Shown here piece after piece: positions 48,957 through 62,980 of a stretch of DNA of 64,000 bases (positions within the stretch are counted from its first letter, which is position 1; the number at the start of each line of letters is the position of its first letter). A program made the translations under genes and the position numbers. The stretch covers positions 75,764,001 to 75,828,000 of the forward strand of contig NC_043002.1 of assembly GCF_006345805.1 (NCBI RefSeq), in the 5' to 3' direction. The notes beneath the pieces are model-generated. The model saw only the letters and a list, made by a program, of their open reading frames with translations, was not told the origin of the DNA and ran no database searches. The stretch comes from Octopus sinensis (taxonomy: Eukaryota).

Positions 48957-48979
48957 CTCGGCAGCTACTTGCAACACCA
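48957..48979 (+). CDS. Candidate 23-nt microexon
   Basis: CTAAT at 48938, TTTTCATTCAG acceptor, CCA|GTAAGT donor. Confidence 0.3.
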
Positions 48980-49077
48980 GTAAGTGTTTATTCATTGTTT
49001 CCAATAGTATCAGTGATGATGGATGTCATCTAATCATGCTAGCATTGTCACTCTCCACTGCTGGGGTGAATTTTGTC

Positions 49078-49086
49078 CGCTTCCAA

Positions 49087-49149
<63 letters not shown>

Positions 49150-49279
49150 TTTCAGCACAGTATGTCCATAAGAGATATTGTCTCTGGATAAATACTGCAG
49201 TAATTTTAGCCTATCACAATGTATTTACATTAAGTATGATACCTCAATGACTATTTTAATCTAATAATGCCACTGTTGC

Positions 49280-49333
<54 letters not shown>

Positions 49334-49373
49334 TATATACACATATATATATATATATACACACACATACACG

Positions 49374-49412
<39 letters not shown>

Positions 49413-49862
49413 TATAAAATGTTTGAAGTGGTGTACAGATATATAAATATATATATATGCACACATATGTAAATGAATATGTATATGTGTGAGTGTGTAT
49501 ATATATATAATCATCATTCATATATGTATATACACACATACATACACACATGTTAGTTGTACATTTGAACTTGTGTGGATGTACATATTTATGTGTATGT
49601 GTGTGTATGAGTGAGATGAAGTGTATGCATTTATGTATATGTTTCTCTGTATGTGTGTGGGTGTGTGCGCGCATGTTATTTTTCACGTATTTGTGTATTT
49701 GTATCCTAAAATGTGTGTGTATGCGTATTTGCATGTAGTGTTGTGAGTACGCTCATCTGTGTGAACGTGCGTGTTTACAAATGTTTTCGTGTTTGTGTGC
49801 CTCTTTGTGTCTGTATATTCATAGCACACACTCTTGTGTGTGTGTGTGTGTGTGTGTGTGAA
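49078..49862. repeat. Compound (TA)n/(CA)n/(TG)n microsatellite block
   Basis: Directly visible. Confidence 0.93.
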
Positions 49863-50019
49863 CCACCTTTTGATATGTTACTCAGCAGGAAGATCAATAT
49901 TTTTGAAACTGGAAACGTTAATTGGTGATCTGTTTTCCTTTTCTCTCTTTTTTATTTTTTTTTTGTCCGTGTGTGTGTGTGTGTGTGTATACTCCCCACC
50001 TCCTTTTGTCCTGCTCCAC

Positions 50020-50159
50020 CACCACTGCTGCTGCAAGTACCATCACTAACACCCCTCTACACCACCGTCTCCTAATCAAACAACACACATTTCTCTAACA
50101 TCTCTGCAACTACTACTACAACTCCCAACACCATCACAATGATGACAACGACGACAACC

Positions 50160-50191
<32 letters not shown>

Positions 50192-51145
50192 GGCCTCAGC
50201 TACACACCCATTACCAAACACTAACTACCTGATATGCTGTTGACATCACCACTGCAACCACCACCACCATGATCACCACCACCACTATTGTCACCACCAT
50301 CACCACCATCTTCATTATCACTGCCACCATCACTATTACTACTACTATCTCCTGTGCTGCACCCACCTTCCCTCATCACCACCAGGTATTCTGTTGCATG
50401 CTTCCATTAACACCTTCACCACTATCACTGTCCACCAAGGATACAGTTGTCATTACCATTATACTTGCACTACCCCCTGCACTGCAATCACCCTCCACCT
50501 GTTTCCACCACCACCACCACCTATACACAGATACACACTCCTCATCACCTCTACATCACCAGCACTACTGCAGACCACTTCATCTCTTTCTTCAGCACAC
50601 TTTTCATTGGGTACTCCCACCACCGCTACCACCCGAACCCCTGTCCCTAGTACAACCACCTCTCCCAGTGCCACCATTACCAACAATGTCTCCACTGGAG
50701 GACCATCTTTGTGGTCACTCATCCTGCTAGAAAGGGTTTCCAAATCTCACTCAAGTCACACCAAACTGTGTTTAAAATAGAAGGTATGGTCACAAATGGA
50801 AACCCTATGATCAGAGAATTGCTCTCTCATGGCTAACTTGGGGCTATATAATAACAGCATCGAAACCACTATAGGCTTTGCATAATATACATCGTCACTG
50901 ACTGAACTAATGAGGGAGCCTCTAAATGGTTGCTCGTGATGCTAGAAATAGTAGCCAAATTTTCGTCAAGCCACAGTAAGTTGTCCGAAGAAAGTATGCA
51001 TTTGATACTTAGTCCTGGGTTCCCTGCACTTCTTAAGAAAATGTTGGGGTGGTCATGGTTGGAACACCCTTGATCATAGGTTTTTCTCAATCAATGCTGA
51101 TCTGCAACCAAACATCTATTAGTTATATAATTAGCTCAAAACACA

Positions 51146-51210
<65 letters not shown>

Positions 51211-51880
51211 CACCACCACTATGGCTGGCCTGGGGCTAAATAACACTAATATCATAAGTGTTATATTATCACCATTAATACCCCAATATGGAAGCTTCTT
51301 TGTGGTTGATTGACTTGCTAAAAACAGCAGCACCATGACCACCACTACTGTTACATAACCATTGACATTGACATGAAAAAGGGTGTCTACATGGTCACTG
51401 AAAGCTTCTAGAAATAGCAGCAACACTACCAATGTTACTTAACCACTGACATAAAGAAGCCTCTGTGTTGTCATTCCATCTGCTAGAAATAGCAATGCTA
51501 CCACCATGACCAAACATATTTACATAATCATTGACATAAAGAAGCTCCTGCATAGCCACTCTGCCAGCTAAATCTCCCCCAAAATGGAAGGGCAGATATT
51601 GTAGTTCTAGATACAACGCAAATACAATGGGATGATCATGACTGGAATGCCATTGGTTATGGTCTTGCTGGACCAGGACACTAATTGATAGTTTGAGAAA
51701 GCCTTTACATGACCACTTAACAGGCTAGAAAAAGCAATGGAATCTCTCTGAAATCACACTTACCCTACAGTGGATAATGTGGTCCTATGTTCCCTGCACA
51801 TAAGATAAAAGACATGATAGTCATGACTGGATTGCTTTTGATTATAAATCTGCTTCATCTAGGTTGATCTAGGGCTAAAC
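50020..51880 (+). repeat. Degenerate (CAC)n tract followed by a cluster of family H copies and fragments
   Basis: CTGCTAGAAA motifs near 50723, 50940, 51407, 51479 and 51723. Confidence 0.65.
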
Positions 51881-51899
51881 ATCTATACTCTTTCTCTTT

Positions 51900-52282
51900 A
51901 CTCTTTTACTTGTTTCAGTCATTTGACTGCAGCCATGCTGGAGCACTGCCTTTAGTCAAGCAAATCGACCCCAGGACTTATTCTTTGTAAGCCTGGTACT
52001 TATTCTACTGGTCTGTTTTGCCGAACCACTAAGTTACAGGGATATAAGCACACCAGCATTGGTTGTCAAGTGATGTTGGGGGGGCAAACACAAACACACA
52101 GAAATATACATATAAATATACATATATACGACGGACTTCTTTCAGTTTCTGTGTACCAAATCCACTCACAAGGCTTTGGTCTGCCTGAGGCTATAGTTGA
52201 AGACACTTGCCCAAAGTGCCATGCAGTGGGACTGAACCCGGAACCATGTGGTTGGTAAGCAAGCTACTTACCACACAGCCAC
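51900..52282 (-). mobile_element. SINE family A, full length
   Basis: Complete reverse match. Confidence 0.9.
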
Positions 52283-52309
52283 ATATTATCATTATTATTA
52301 TTATTATTA

Positions 52310-52741
52310 TTCTGCCAGAGTTGACTTTGCCTTCCGTCCTTTTGGAGGTCGCTGAAATAAGTACCAGTTATGTACTGAGGTCAATGTAATTGACTAGACC
52401 CCCCCTCCCACTAAATTTCAGGCCTTATACCTATAGTAGAAAGGATTATTATTATTATTACTATCATCATCATTATTATTATTGTTATTATTATTATTAT
52501 TATCATCATCTTCATTTAAGGTGACAAGCTGGCAGAATCATTAGCATGCTGGATGCAATGCTTAGTGGCATTTCATCAGTCTTTATGTTCTGAGTTCAAA
52601 TTCCACCGAGGTCGACTTTGCATTTCATCCTTTTGGGGTTGATAAATTAAGTACCAGTGGAACACTGGGGTTGATGTAACCAACTAGTCCCCTTCCCCAA
52701 AATTTCAGGCCTTGTGCCTTTAGTAGAAAGGATTATTATTA

Positions 52742-52785
<44 letters not shown>

Positions 52786-53260
52786 TAAGGTAGCAATCTG
52801 GTAGAACTGTTAGTATGCCAAGCAACATTTTGTCTGCCTTGCATTCTGAGTTGAAGTTCTGCAGAGATTGACTTTACCTTTCATCTTTCTGGGTCAATAA
52901 AGTAATTACCAGTTGAGTACTGGAGTGAGGTGTGGAGTAATGTAATCGACTTGTCCCCTACCCTGAGATTGCTGGCCATATGCCAAAATTTGAAACCAAT
53001 ATTGTTATTACTATTATTATTATTATATTATTATTATTATTACTAAAGCAGTGAGCTGGCTGAATTGTTAGAACACTAGGTGAAATGTTTAGCAGTATTT
53101 CGCCTGTCGCTACGTTCTGGGTTCAAATTCTGCCAAGGTTGTCTTTACCTTTCATCCTTTTGGGGTTGGTAAAATTAGTGCCGGTTACATACTGGAGTCA
53201 ATGTAATTGACTAGCCCCTCCCTCCAAATTTCAGGCTTTGTGCTTCCAGTAGAAAGGAAT
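52310..53260 (+). mobile_element. Four head-to-tail family B SINEs separated by (ATT)n
   Basis: Copies at about 52310-52445, 52518-52735, 52788-53000 and 53046-53260. Confidence 0.88.
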
Positions 53261-53296
53261 AATAAAGGAATAATATTATATTATTATTATTATTAT

Positions 53297-53777
53297 TGAG
53301 TGAGAGAGCAGTGCATGCCATCAAAGTAACACTGGGGTAAAATATACAAAGCCCAATATACCCATCATGACTACCCGTCTGATAAGGGTACACTAGGCAC
53401 ATGCATCACAACCATATGTGCGCAACATGGTGATCTCATATCAAGATAAAGAGTACATGACCTTGCAGGTGGGGCCCAGTTAGAATTTTCTTCTGGTTGA
53501 GTAACCCATCCTGCTCAAAAAGTCCCTGAATAATGAACATTTGTTTAAGGATGTTGAACGAAACACCCATGGTTCCAGAGGTGAATTATTCAAACCCCAA
53601 AGAATCCCATTCAACTCGTGGCTATGATGCTCCCCCATTACTTCTGCTCATGATCAGAGATGCACATATCGTCAGCCACTAAGGGACATGCTCAACTGGT
53701 TAAGTTCAAACAACTGACAAGCAAATCTGAATATTTGCTGTAGAATATTTGCTGTAGCCTATCTTTTGTACCAAGAC
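53297..53777. mobile_element. Family G element, inverted relative to 32033-32550, truncated at one end
   Basis: Reverse-complement homology; flanked by (ATT)n on both sides. Confidence 0.78.
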
Positions 53778-53864
53778 ATTATTATTATTATCATTATTAT
53801 TATTATCCTTCATAACAATACCTGTTTTGTATTTCTTCATTACTGACACCGGAAGTAGCATCTA

Positions 53865-54085
53865 CATAGTCCCTTGACCTGCAAGAAATAGCAGCCAAAT
53901 TTCCACTCAAACCACACTTTACCATCTTTAAGAAAGCAAAAAGCAAACAAATAACCATATACCCTGGATAATGTAATCCTGCATGCATTACCAGCAGAAA
54001 ATTAGATGGGATAGTCATGGCTGGAACATAGTTTTGAATATAGATACGCCTTGCTCGATCATAGATGACCTGGGGTTAAATGCCA
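53865..54085 (+). repeat. Family H repeat
   Basis: CCTTGACCTGCAAGAAATAGCAGCCAAAT..GGGATAGTCATGGCTGGAA..GACCTGGGGTTAAA. Confidence 0.72.
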
Positions 54086-54099
54086 ACACCACTAGCACC

Positions 54100-54130
<31 letters not shown>

Positions 54131-54399
54131 CCACCACCACCACTGCCATCACTGCTACTATTACAGTACTACCTCCCTATCTATCGATCTATCCCACCCC
54201 CATCTCATTATAGCTATAGTCACACTGACACCATTAACAACTATCACTAGCACCGCCACCGTCACTATCATTATTGGTAATACCACCGCCGCCACCACCA
54301 CTACCACCAGTGGAGAGCCAATTATAACCATTCCATGCTGACAACTAAATGCATGGCACTTCCTTCAACATTTTGCAATGAAAACTGATCAAAGACAAT

Positions 54400-54836
54400 G
54401 GTTCTTCAGAAGCATTTCATCTTGGCTAATCCTCTTCTCTCCCTCTCTTTGTCTATCTCTCACTCTTTCTGTATCTTTCATTTTAGTAACTGTTTTTACT
54501 CTCTTCCATTCTCCCTTCTCTGTCTGTCTCTGTCTCTCTGCTGCTCTCTTTTGGCAGCACTGTGTTTCATAATTTCTCCCTCTTTCCCTTTTATTACATT
54601 CTTATTCTTTCATTCATTCTCTTCCTCTGCTTTTATTTTTTTTCTCTTTTCTCTCTCACTCTCGCATCCTCACTCACTCTTTCTCTCTCCTTCACCTATT
54701 TTCTCTCTCTCACTCACCCTTTCTCACTCATTCTCTCTCGCTCTATCACTGTCTCTCTTTCTCTCTCTCTACTTGCTGTTCCCTTTTGGCAGCACTGTAA
54801 TTTCTTGCTTTTTTTCCCTTTTATTACACTTGTACC

Positions 54837-54868
<32 letters not shown>

Positions 54869-55779
54869 TTCCTTATAATCTCTCACTATCCTGCTCACCT
54901 CCTCTCTCTCTCTCTCTCTCTCTCACACTCTCTCTCTCTCTCTCACACTCTCTCTCTCTCTCTCACACTCTCTCTCTCTCTCTCTCACACTCTCTCTCTC
55001 TCTCTCACACACTCTCTCTCTCTCTGATACATGGTGTCACAAGGAGGGAAAACACAAAGAAACACTCCCCCTACCCACCTCTGCTCTCCTCCATCACCAC
55101 CTCTTCTTTCCTTCCACTCCTCTCCTATCTCTCCCCTTCCACCCCTTTTCACATCCCTATCTCCCCCACTCACACAGCTACTCCTACATCCTCATCTTTA
55201 AACAGCCATCATCATTATCCGTCATCATCATCATCATTATTAAATCATTATTATTTCATGTTTTTGCTCCATTCCTTGCTGCCATCATTATTAGTGTTTT
55301 TGTTTTTCGTTTTTTTTTTTTTTTTTTGTATAATTTGTGTAATATTTAAAATTTTTATATTTTCCTTTCATGCAAGTTTTACTACACTACCACCACCATC
55401 ACCACTTTATCATCATCATCATCATCGTTATCATTATATCATCATCATCATCATCATCAGTATTATTATAATTATTATAATTATTATTATTGTAATTATT
55501 ATTGTCTCTATTTTTATTATTATCATTATCCATATTAATGTTGTTGTTTCTTTTTGTTTTTGTGGGTTTTTTTTGTCGTTGTTATTGCTGTTGCAGTTGC
55601 TGTCTTCATTATCATCATTAGTGTTGTCGTTGTTGTTGTTATTTGTGTTTATTTATTTATGTATTTATTCTATTTGTCGTTCATGTTGTGATTATTGTGG
55701 ATGTATTTTCTTTCATCGCTCTAACTTCGTCATCATCATCATCATCATCATTGCTAACACCATAAGTACTAATTTATAA

Positions 55780-55826
<47 letters not shown>

Positions 55827-56900
55827 GTGTGTGTGTGCACATATATATATACATACACATAGAAGAATTTTTGTTAATTTCTTTATTTCATATTTTCAAA
55901 AACCTCATATGTGATTATTTCATTATTTTATTATTATTATTAATTCCCTAGTTTGTTGTTTCTTCCAAATTCATTTTCTCTTCTTTTTATACATATATAT
56001 ATATTTTTTTATATTTTCAAATATTCAAAAAAAAAAAAAGGAAAAACTTTTTTGCTGTTATGTTTATAGTTATTCCCCATTTGTCTAATTATAATTTAAT
56101 ATCTTTTTTTTAATTTGGATTTGTTTAGTTATTTTTTGTTCTCTTTTTTTTTGTCTTTTAGTGTTTTAATTTTTTTTTTCTCTTTCGCTGTTTCATTCCA
56201 ATTTCTATGTTCTTGAAGTGAGAAAATATGCAACTACAGAATAATGTTAACTAAAACGAAGCTATTTCTCAGACTTAATGATGATAATACTAGTGCTAAT
56301 AATAATGATAATAATAATAATAATAATAACGACAATAATAATAAATAAACATGATAATGATGATTTTATTTTTGTGTGTAATTTATTAATTTTGTTTTTT
56401 ACATTTCAAAATTTTATTATCATTCTGCACACACTTCTAACTAAAACACTAAATCTAATGATAATAATAATAATGATAAGGATAATAATAATAATAATAA
56501 TAATGGTGATGACAACAGCAATGATGATGACGATGATGATGATGATAAATAATGATTTGCGTAATTTATTTTTATTTTTAATTCTTTAATGCTCAGAACT
56601 CTGACCCTCCCCTGCCTCTGCCCCAACCTGAATAATAATTATTAGGTAATCCGAAATATCTTCAATTTAAATACATAAGCAAATGAAACATTTAACAAAT
56701 AAATAAATATATAATGAATGAATGGATATTGTATCAAGAAATGAAATATGGAAAAAACATGCACAAAAATATATCGCTAATAATATTAGCAATGATGAGG
56801 ATGAATAATAATGTGACTGATGATGATGATGATGATGATGATGATCAATATGCTGGTGATGGTGGGATTGGTAATGATGCAATGATGTTGATTTCTATAT
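54400..56900. repeat. Low-complexity block: (CT)n, (CAT)n/(ATT)n, T-rich and (AAT)n tracts
   Basis: Directly visible; generates the 209- and 405-aa ORFs. Confidence 0.88.
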
Positions 56901-57051
56901 TTCCTGCAAAGATAAAGATAAGAGAACATTAACACTAATGTTTATGCCCCAGTATGGCCACAGCCACTGGCTAAATCCAATAAAACAATAAAAGAACTGC
57001 AATATGGCTTCTGTATATTATAAACTAGCAAACATAGAAGTGGAGAGTTCC

Positions 57052-57090
<39 letters not shown>

Positions 57091-57099
57091 TATGAGACC

Positions 57100-57457
57100 C
57101 ACAATGTGGCACCTTGGGCAAGTTTCTTCTACTATGGCTCGTGGCCAATCAAAGAGCTTTGTCAGTGGATTTGGAGGATGGAAGCTATATGAAGCCCGGT
57201 GTGTGTGTTTGTCTCTTTGACTTGACATTGTGTGACAGTTGTAAATGAGTGTCACTATACAATGTATTCTTTTACTCTTGTTTCAGTCATTTTGTTGTGG
57301 CTATGCTGGAGCACGGCCCCAAGACTTATTCTTTGTAAGCCTAGTACTTATTCTATCAGTCTCTTTTGCTGAACTGCTAAGTTACGGGGACATAAACATA
57401 CCAGATCGGTTGTCAAGCGGTGTTGGGTGGGGGACAAACATAGGCACACAAACATAT

Positions 57458-57498
<41 letters not shown>

Positions 57499-57655
57499 TA
57501 CGATGGGCTTCTTTCAGTTTCCATCTACCAAATCCAATCACAAGGCTTTGGTCGGCCCGAGGCTATAGTAGAATACACTTGCCCAAGGTGCCATGCAGTG
57601 GGATTGTAGCCAGAACCATGTGGTTCGTAAGCAAGCTACTTACCACACAGCCACT
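57100..57655. mobile_element. Family A variant fragment (+, 57100-57260) abutting a family A copy (-, 57270-57655)
   Basis: GGCACCTTGGGCAAG core on +; full reverse copy follows. Confidence 0.82.
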
Positions 57656-57934
57656 TGAAAATGTGAAAAAGCTTGGAAACATGTAAGGGTTGGCCACAGG
57701 GACAGTATCCAGCTTTAGAAAATTTGCTTTAACAAATTTCAGATATTTTCCTTTACATGGACAGCTCGATTAATTAATTTTCTCTAACTAAACACTTTGA
57801 AACGTCGGATACTGGTTAGTGCTGTTGAGAAAAATTTCTATTTACGAAGTTATTTTGTGTTAAAGTTGTCATATTTCAGTAATTTCAACCAATCAATGAT
57901 GTGTATTCAGCTGAATAAAATTACTGCTGTTGTT

Positions 57935-58415
57935 TGTCAACAACAACATCCGGCAGTGTATATTTCGTTTGTCACTGTTATTTATGACATGTTTCATCTC
58001 AGTTACATTCGTATGAATAAACGAGTCTATCTGAAGCATGTTTACTTCATGACGCCACCATAATCGGTCATGCATTTCTACTGCTTTTAGGTTTTTTCCT
58101 GTTTTTCAGCTACTATTTTCGGAAAAACTTCCTCCTGTCCCCACCCCATTTTCTTGAAAATTGTTTGTTTTTTAAATTGTTTTTGCCAAAAACCCAGCTT
58201 TTCAGATATGGAGATACTGGAAAATGGCCAAAAATTGGAATTTTGAAATTTTTGCCCCCCCCCCCTCCCCTCCTTCCCCTCCAATTTCATTTTTCACTTT
58301 TTCCGTAACCCTAACTCTAACCCTAAAACCCTAAAGCTTAAACCTGTACAAATGCATAAACGATGTCATAAATAACAGTGACAAATGAAATATACACCGC
58401 CAATAGTTGTTGACA
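57935..58415. mobile_element. Unclassified fold-back/MITE-like element with telomere-like repeats
   Basis: About 55-bp inverted repeats 57935-57990 and 58363-58415; TAACCC-like run 58306-58333. Confidence 0.6.
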
Positions 58416-58949
58416 TGGTTTCCATAGCCAAATGCTCTTCTTTTCATGAGCCATTTTTCAGAAATGCTGGGTGCATTTCTTTAGTGGCACCAGTACTATA
58501 AGAGGTTGTCTTCCCTTGGCAAGACTAAAGAGTTCTCTCTCTGCCATGTTGTCCCCAATCATTCACCAGCATCTGAGGGGTTATCTTGTTTCCAGCAAGA
58601 CTAAAGAGACCCCACTCCCATCCCTCACTGCACTCTCCTTTCTTCATTCTTTTCTTTGTCACACAACTGGATCTGTAGAAGTAACATCTCTTTATTCTGT
58701 CACCTTGAAATATAATATTGAAGTATAAACACAGAAAAGTAATTCTAAATATTTTTGTATCTATAGCCCAAAGAGAATTGTAATTTCAACCTAGCTGGGC
58801 ACAAGATTATTTTTGGAGCTATTACCTGATTAATTTATTTATTTCACATAGTTTATGGCGTACTATGCAACTGAACATAGAGTTGAGCTTCATGTGAAGG
58901 GACCCAGCTTTAAGTTTCAATAATAATCATTTCTCTTATGGTATCAGTG

Positions 58950-59225
58950 TCATTAAAAAGGGTTTAGATATGGCTGTCACACAATCTCAGTTCTCTTGTC
59001 TGCTTCAGCTACAATGAAGCCTCTACATGATCATTCAGATTGCAAGAAATAGCAATCAAATTTCTTTCAAATCACACAGTACCATCTAAGAGAAGGACAC
59101 ATTTGATGATGTGAAGTCCTGTGGTTCTGTTTACATAGATAAAAGTTGGGCGGATCTTGGTTAGAATCTTTTTGATTGTATGTTTACCCTATTGGGACTG
59201 GCCTGGGCATAAACATCATCAACAG
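58950..59225 (+). repeat. Family H repeat
   Basis: GCAAGAAATAGCAATCAAAT..GGCCTGGGCATAAACATC. Confidence 0.6.
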
Positions 59226-60139
59226 CAACAAGGACATAGCCAGTGTTTCAGCTTTCACAGTTGAGTGGTTTACATTTCATAAAAGAGGCTAAGATAGGAA
59301 ATCATCTCCTCCATCATTCCAGTAATAATGTTTTAAAAATCATTTGAATTTGTAAGACCATCTAGCCTATTGCAACATGATTATGAGTAAATTAATAGCC
59401 TGTGTGTGTTTGTGTGTACGAGCTGTTGTGTGTACAGTTTGAGAGGGCAACTAAATTGATCCACATTTAATCTGTCTTTATTGTTATTGGAACTAATAAT
59501 AGTGGTTGTATAACAATAATATCGTATAATTATTTTACTATTATTATTTTTATTATCATCGCCCTTACCGCTAATATTATTGTTGCTGTTATTGTTATTA
59601 TCATTTGTATTAATAGCCATAAAGATGGTTGATTGATAACAAAACAAACATTGATATCACACATTTACTATTAGCGGTCTGTTTAGCTAGTTTGAACAAG
59701 GGATTGGTTTTTAACTATATAATGTACACAAGTAAACTTATTAATTAAACATCATAAAAGCTACAAGAAGGCCGTATTTTTGTAGTTACTATTGTTGTTT
59801 CTTTCTCTTCTTTTTCTTCTTTCTTTTGTCTTCTGCTTCTGACTCATCATTCATCTTCGCTAATGTGTGTTTGCTCTTCTAATCTCTAGCTCTCTATGTT
59901 ATTTTATGTTTATTTTATTTCATTTTCAACTAGCTCTATTTAGTTCAGTATTTATTTTGTGTGTGTGTGTTTTTTTCCCTTTTAATTTTTGCACCTACAC
60001 ATGAAACCAATCCACTATTCTCAGCTCGTCGGATGTTATTTGGGGAAACAATATAATTAATCATGCACTGACAAAACAATATGAGGTGTCCAGTGCCTTG
60101 CACAAAACTGCATTAAGCAATGTGTATATTCTTCTGTTT

Positions 60140-60680
60140 AAGTCCTTGGACTGTGGCCATGCTGGGGCACCACCTTGAAGGATTTAGTCAAAAAAAATTA
60201 ACCCCAGTAATTGTTTTTAAGCCTAGTACATAGCTCATTGGTCTCTTGTGCCAAATCCTTAAGTTACAGGGACATAAACAAACCAACATCTGTTGTCAAG
60301 CAGTGAAGTTAGAACGTGATGAGTAGCTTGCTTACAAACCACATGGTTCTGGATTCAGTCTCACTGCATGGCACCTTGGGCAAGTGTCTCCTACTATAGC
60401 CTTGGGCCGACCAAAGCTTTGTGAACAGATTTGGTGGACAGAAACTGAAAGAAGTCTGTCATATATATATGTATGTGTGTATCTGTGTTTGTCCCCCCCA
60501 CCATTGCTTGACAACTGATGCTGGTGTGTTTACGTCCCTGTAACTTAGCTGCTTGGCAAAAGAGACCAATAGAATAAGTACTAGGCTTACAAAGAATAAG
60601 TCCTGGGGTCGATTTGTTCGACTAAAGGTGGTGCTCCAGCAGGGCCGCAGTCAAATGACTGAAACAAGGAAAAGTATAAA
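60140..60680. mobile_element. Family A tail (-, 60140-60300) plus family A copy (+, 60320-60680)
   Basis: Matches to family A in opposite orientations. Confidence 0.85.
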
Positions 60681-60719
60681 AGAATATATATATATATATA
60701 TAATGAATGAGGGAAACAG

Positions 60720-61030
60720 AAAATGGAGTTAGCAAGAACTTTTATTCAACATCAGATCTTGCTACACATCGCTGGTCACAATGTGCTTCACATTGTTTTA
60801 GCCTTCAATGACACCACCCCGCTGGCTAAGTGAGCTGGCAAACAGAAGAAAGAGTGAGAGAAAGTTGCGATGAAAGAGTACAGCAGGGATCACCACCACC
60901 ACCTGCTGGAGCCTCTTGGAGCTTTAGGTGTTTTCGCTCAATAAACACTCTCAACGCCTGGTCTGCGAATCGAAACCGCGATCCTACAACTGTGAGTCCG
61001 CTGCCCTAACCACTGGGCCATTGCACCTAC
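60720..61030 (-). mobile_element. SINE family E (tRNA-derived)
   Basis: Minus strand: A-box TGGCCCAGTGG, B-box GGTTTCGATTC, unrelated body. Confidence 0.78.
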
Positions 61031-61038
61031 ACACACAC

Positions 61039-61112
<74 letters not shown>

Positions 61113-61124
61113 CGCATGCATACA

Positions 61125-61600
61125 TCAAGTGTCTTGCAAAACAAATACTGAGATACCTGGCCCTGGCCAAACTCAAGAAGACCCTGTACTCTGCAGCTGG
61201 AATGTTAAGACCGATCCTTCAAGTAGTGTAAGGTACTCATGGTGGTATCACATAAAAGTGCTCCTGCTGTCATACATAAGAACACCCGTGCAGTTACATG
61301 TAAGAGCACCCATGCGGTTCCACATAAAAGTGTCTGTGTGATGCTATGTAAAAGTGTCTAGGCATTGTCACATAAAAGGGCCCATCAGGCACCACGTAAA
61401 AGTGCCCATGTGTTGACACATAAAAGCACCCAGCACATCTTGTAAAGTGGTTTGTGTTAGGAAGGGCATCCAGCTGTAGAAACCATACCAAATCAAACTG
61501 GAGTTTATTGCAGCCCCCCCCCCCCTCCAGCTTGCCAGCTCTGGTCCTACTGTCCAACTTGTACCAGTATGGATAATAGACATTAAATGATGATGATAAT
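61125..61600 (+). mobile_element. Family C element with expanded ~21-nt unit array
   Basis: About 8 variants of CACRTAAAAGYRC at 61245-61435, then AGGAAGGGCATCCAGCTGTAGAAACC and (GAT)n. Confidence 0.8.
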
Positions 61601-62310
61601 GTTGATGAGATTATTGTCATCACACATATATATATACATGCATTTGGGTGCAAATTCCACTGAGGTTGACTTTGCCATTCATCCTTGTACTCTATGCCAA
61701 AATTTGAAAGCAGCATCATTGTTGTTTTTGCTAGTTTTAGTAGTAGTAGTAGTAGTAGTAGTGATACTACTGCTCTGCTGGTTTTTTTGGATCTGCAAGT
61801 GCTGCATTGCAAATAACAGTGTCTTAATTCCCTCTGGGCAGTTTCCATAGCTGAGTCCACTTAGGCATTGTAGAGTAAAAATAGAGTTGTTTTTCTACCA
61901 TTAAAGAAAAATGAAAAGAGATACTGAAAGTACGAGATGCCAACCAACCAGTTCAATGAAGCCGAGTTTCCTAATATAGTCTGGAAATTGCTGTTTAGAG
62001 CAATAAAATGAAGAAAGATTGTGAACTGGCAAGTGAAAATAGAAGCAACATTAGGAAATTTCTCAGATGACTCCCCCTGCTACATTTTCAATTAACACTT
62101 TTAAAATTAGCGCCGTGACCCAGTTTGGAGTTGGTTTGCAAACTGCATGTGCCTTTTTCTGGCAACTGAAGGTCAGCATGTTAATCAGACAAAATTAGCA
62201 TCTTCATAATGAGTTTCATTAAGAAGTGATAAAGTCAAGACTATCCACTTCTGGCCTGTTGTAATTATAATTTACTGTACAGTTTGGGATATAGGAATTG
62301 TCTGTTACAC

Positions 62311-62361
<51 letters not shown>

Positions 62362-62649
62362 CTTTTGGTAGCTTAGGTTTCTTCATTATTTTTCTGTTTG
62401 TTTTTAATGATTGAATCAGGGAAAATGGACAGCTGTTGATAACCAAGGCAACTGGATGCTACAGAATCAGTCAAGTGGGTATCAGTTTGTACTTGCACCC
62501 CAGGCTGTATGTGTTGTGTTGACCATGACTTGGTGTTGGGTCCATAACTAACACAATTACCTATGAAGAGCAAGAATGTTTTAAACAAAAGACTGCCTGA
62601 TTATGCAAAGGATACAGTTAGCGGCTGTAGAAAACATTCTACATTCCTA

Positions 62650-62870
62650 ACCATTGAGGGAAGATCTTTGTGGTCACTTGACCACCTGCTAGAAATGACA
62701 GCTAAAATCCACTCAAATCACATCTTACTGTTTTATAAAAAGAAGGAGACATTAGATTATATAGTCCTAAATACACTATGTCTAAAACAAAGACATAATA
62801 TTCATAGTTGGAACATCTTTGATCATAAATCTTCTCAATAAGGATTGAATCAAGACTTAACCACAACACG
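62650..62870 (+). repeat. Family H repeat
   Basis: CTTGACCACCTGCTAGAAATGACAGCTAAAATCC..ATAGTCCTAAATACACTATGTCT. Confidence 0.68.
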
Positions 62871-62980
62871 AATACTAGCTTAATAATACACTCACTCTTT
62901 CCCAGTTTTGACAAATATTTAAAAGAAAAGAAAAGAAATCTACACTCAAAAATAGCTGCAATATCTGTAACCTCCCTTAA

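Noticed and set aside
54398-55779. 209- and 405-aa ORFs
   Set aside because: (CT)n, (CAT)n and (ATT)n derived.
58306-58333. Telomeric repeat
   Set aside because: Only about four degenerate units inside an interspersed element; not a chromosome end.
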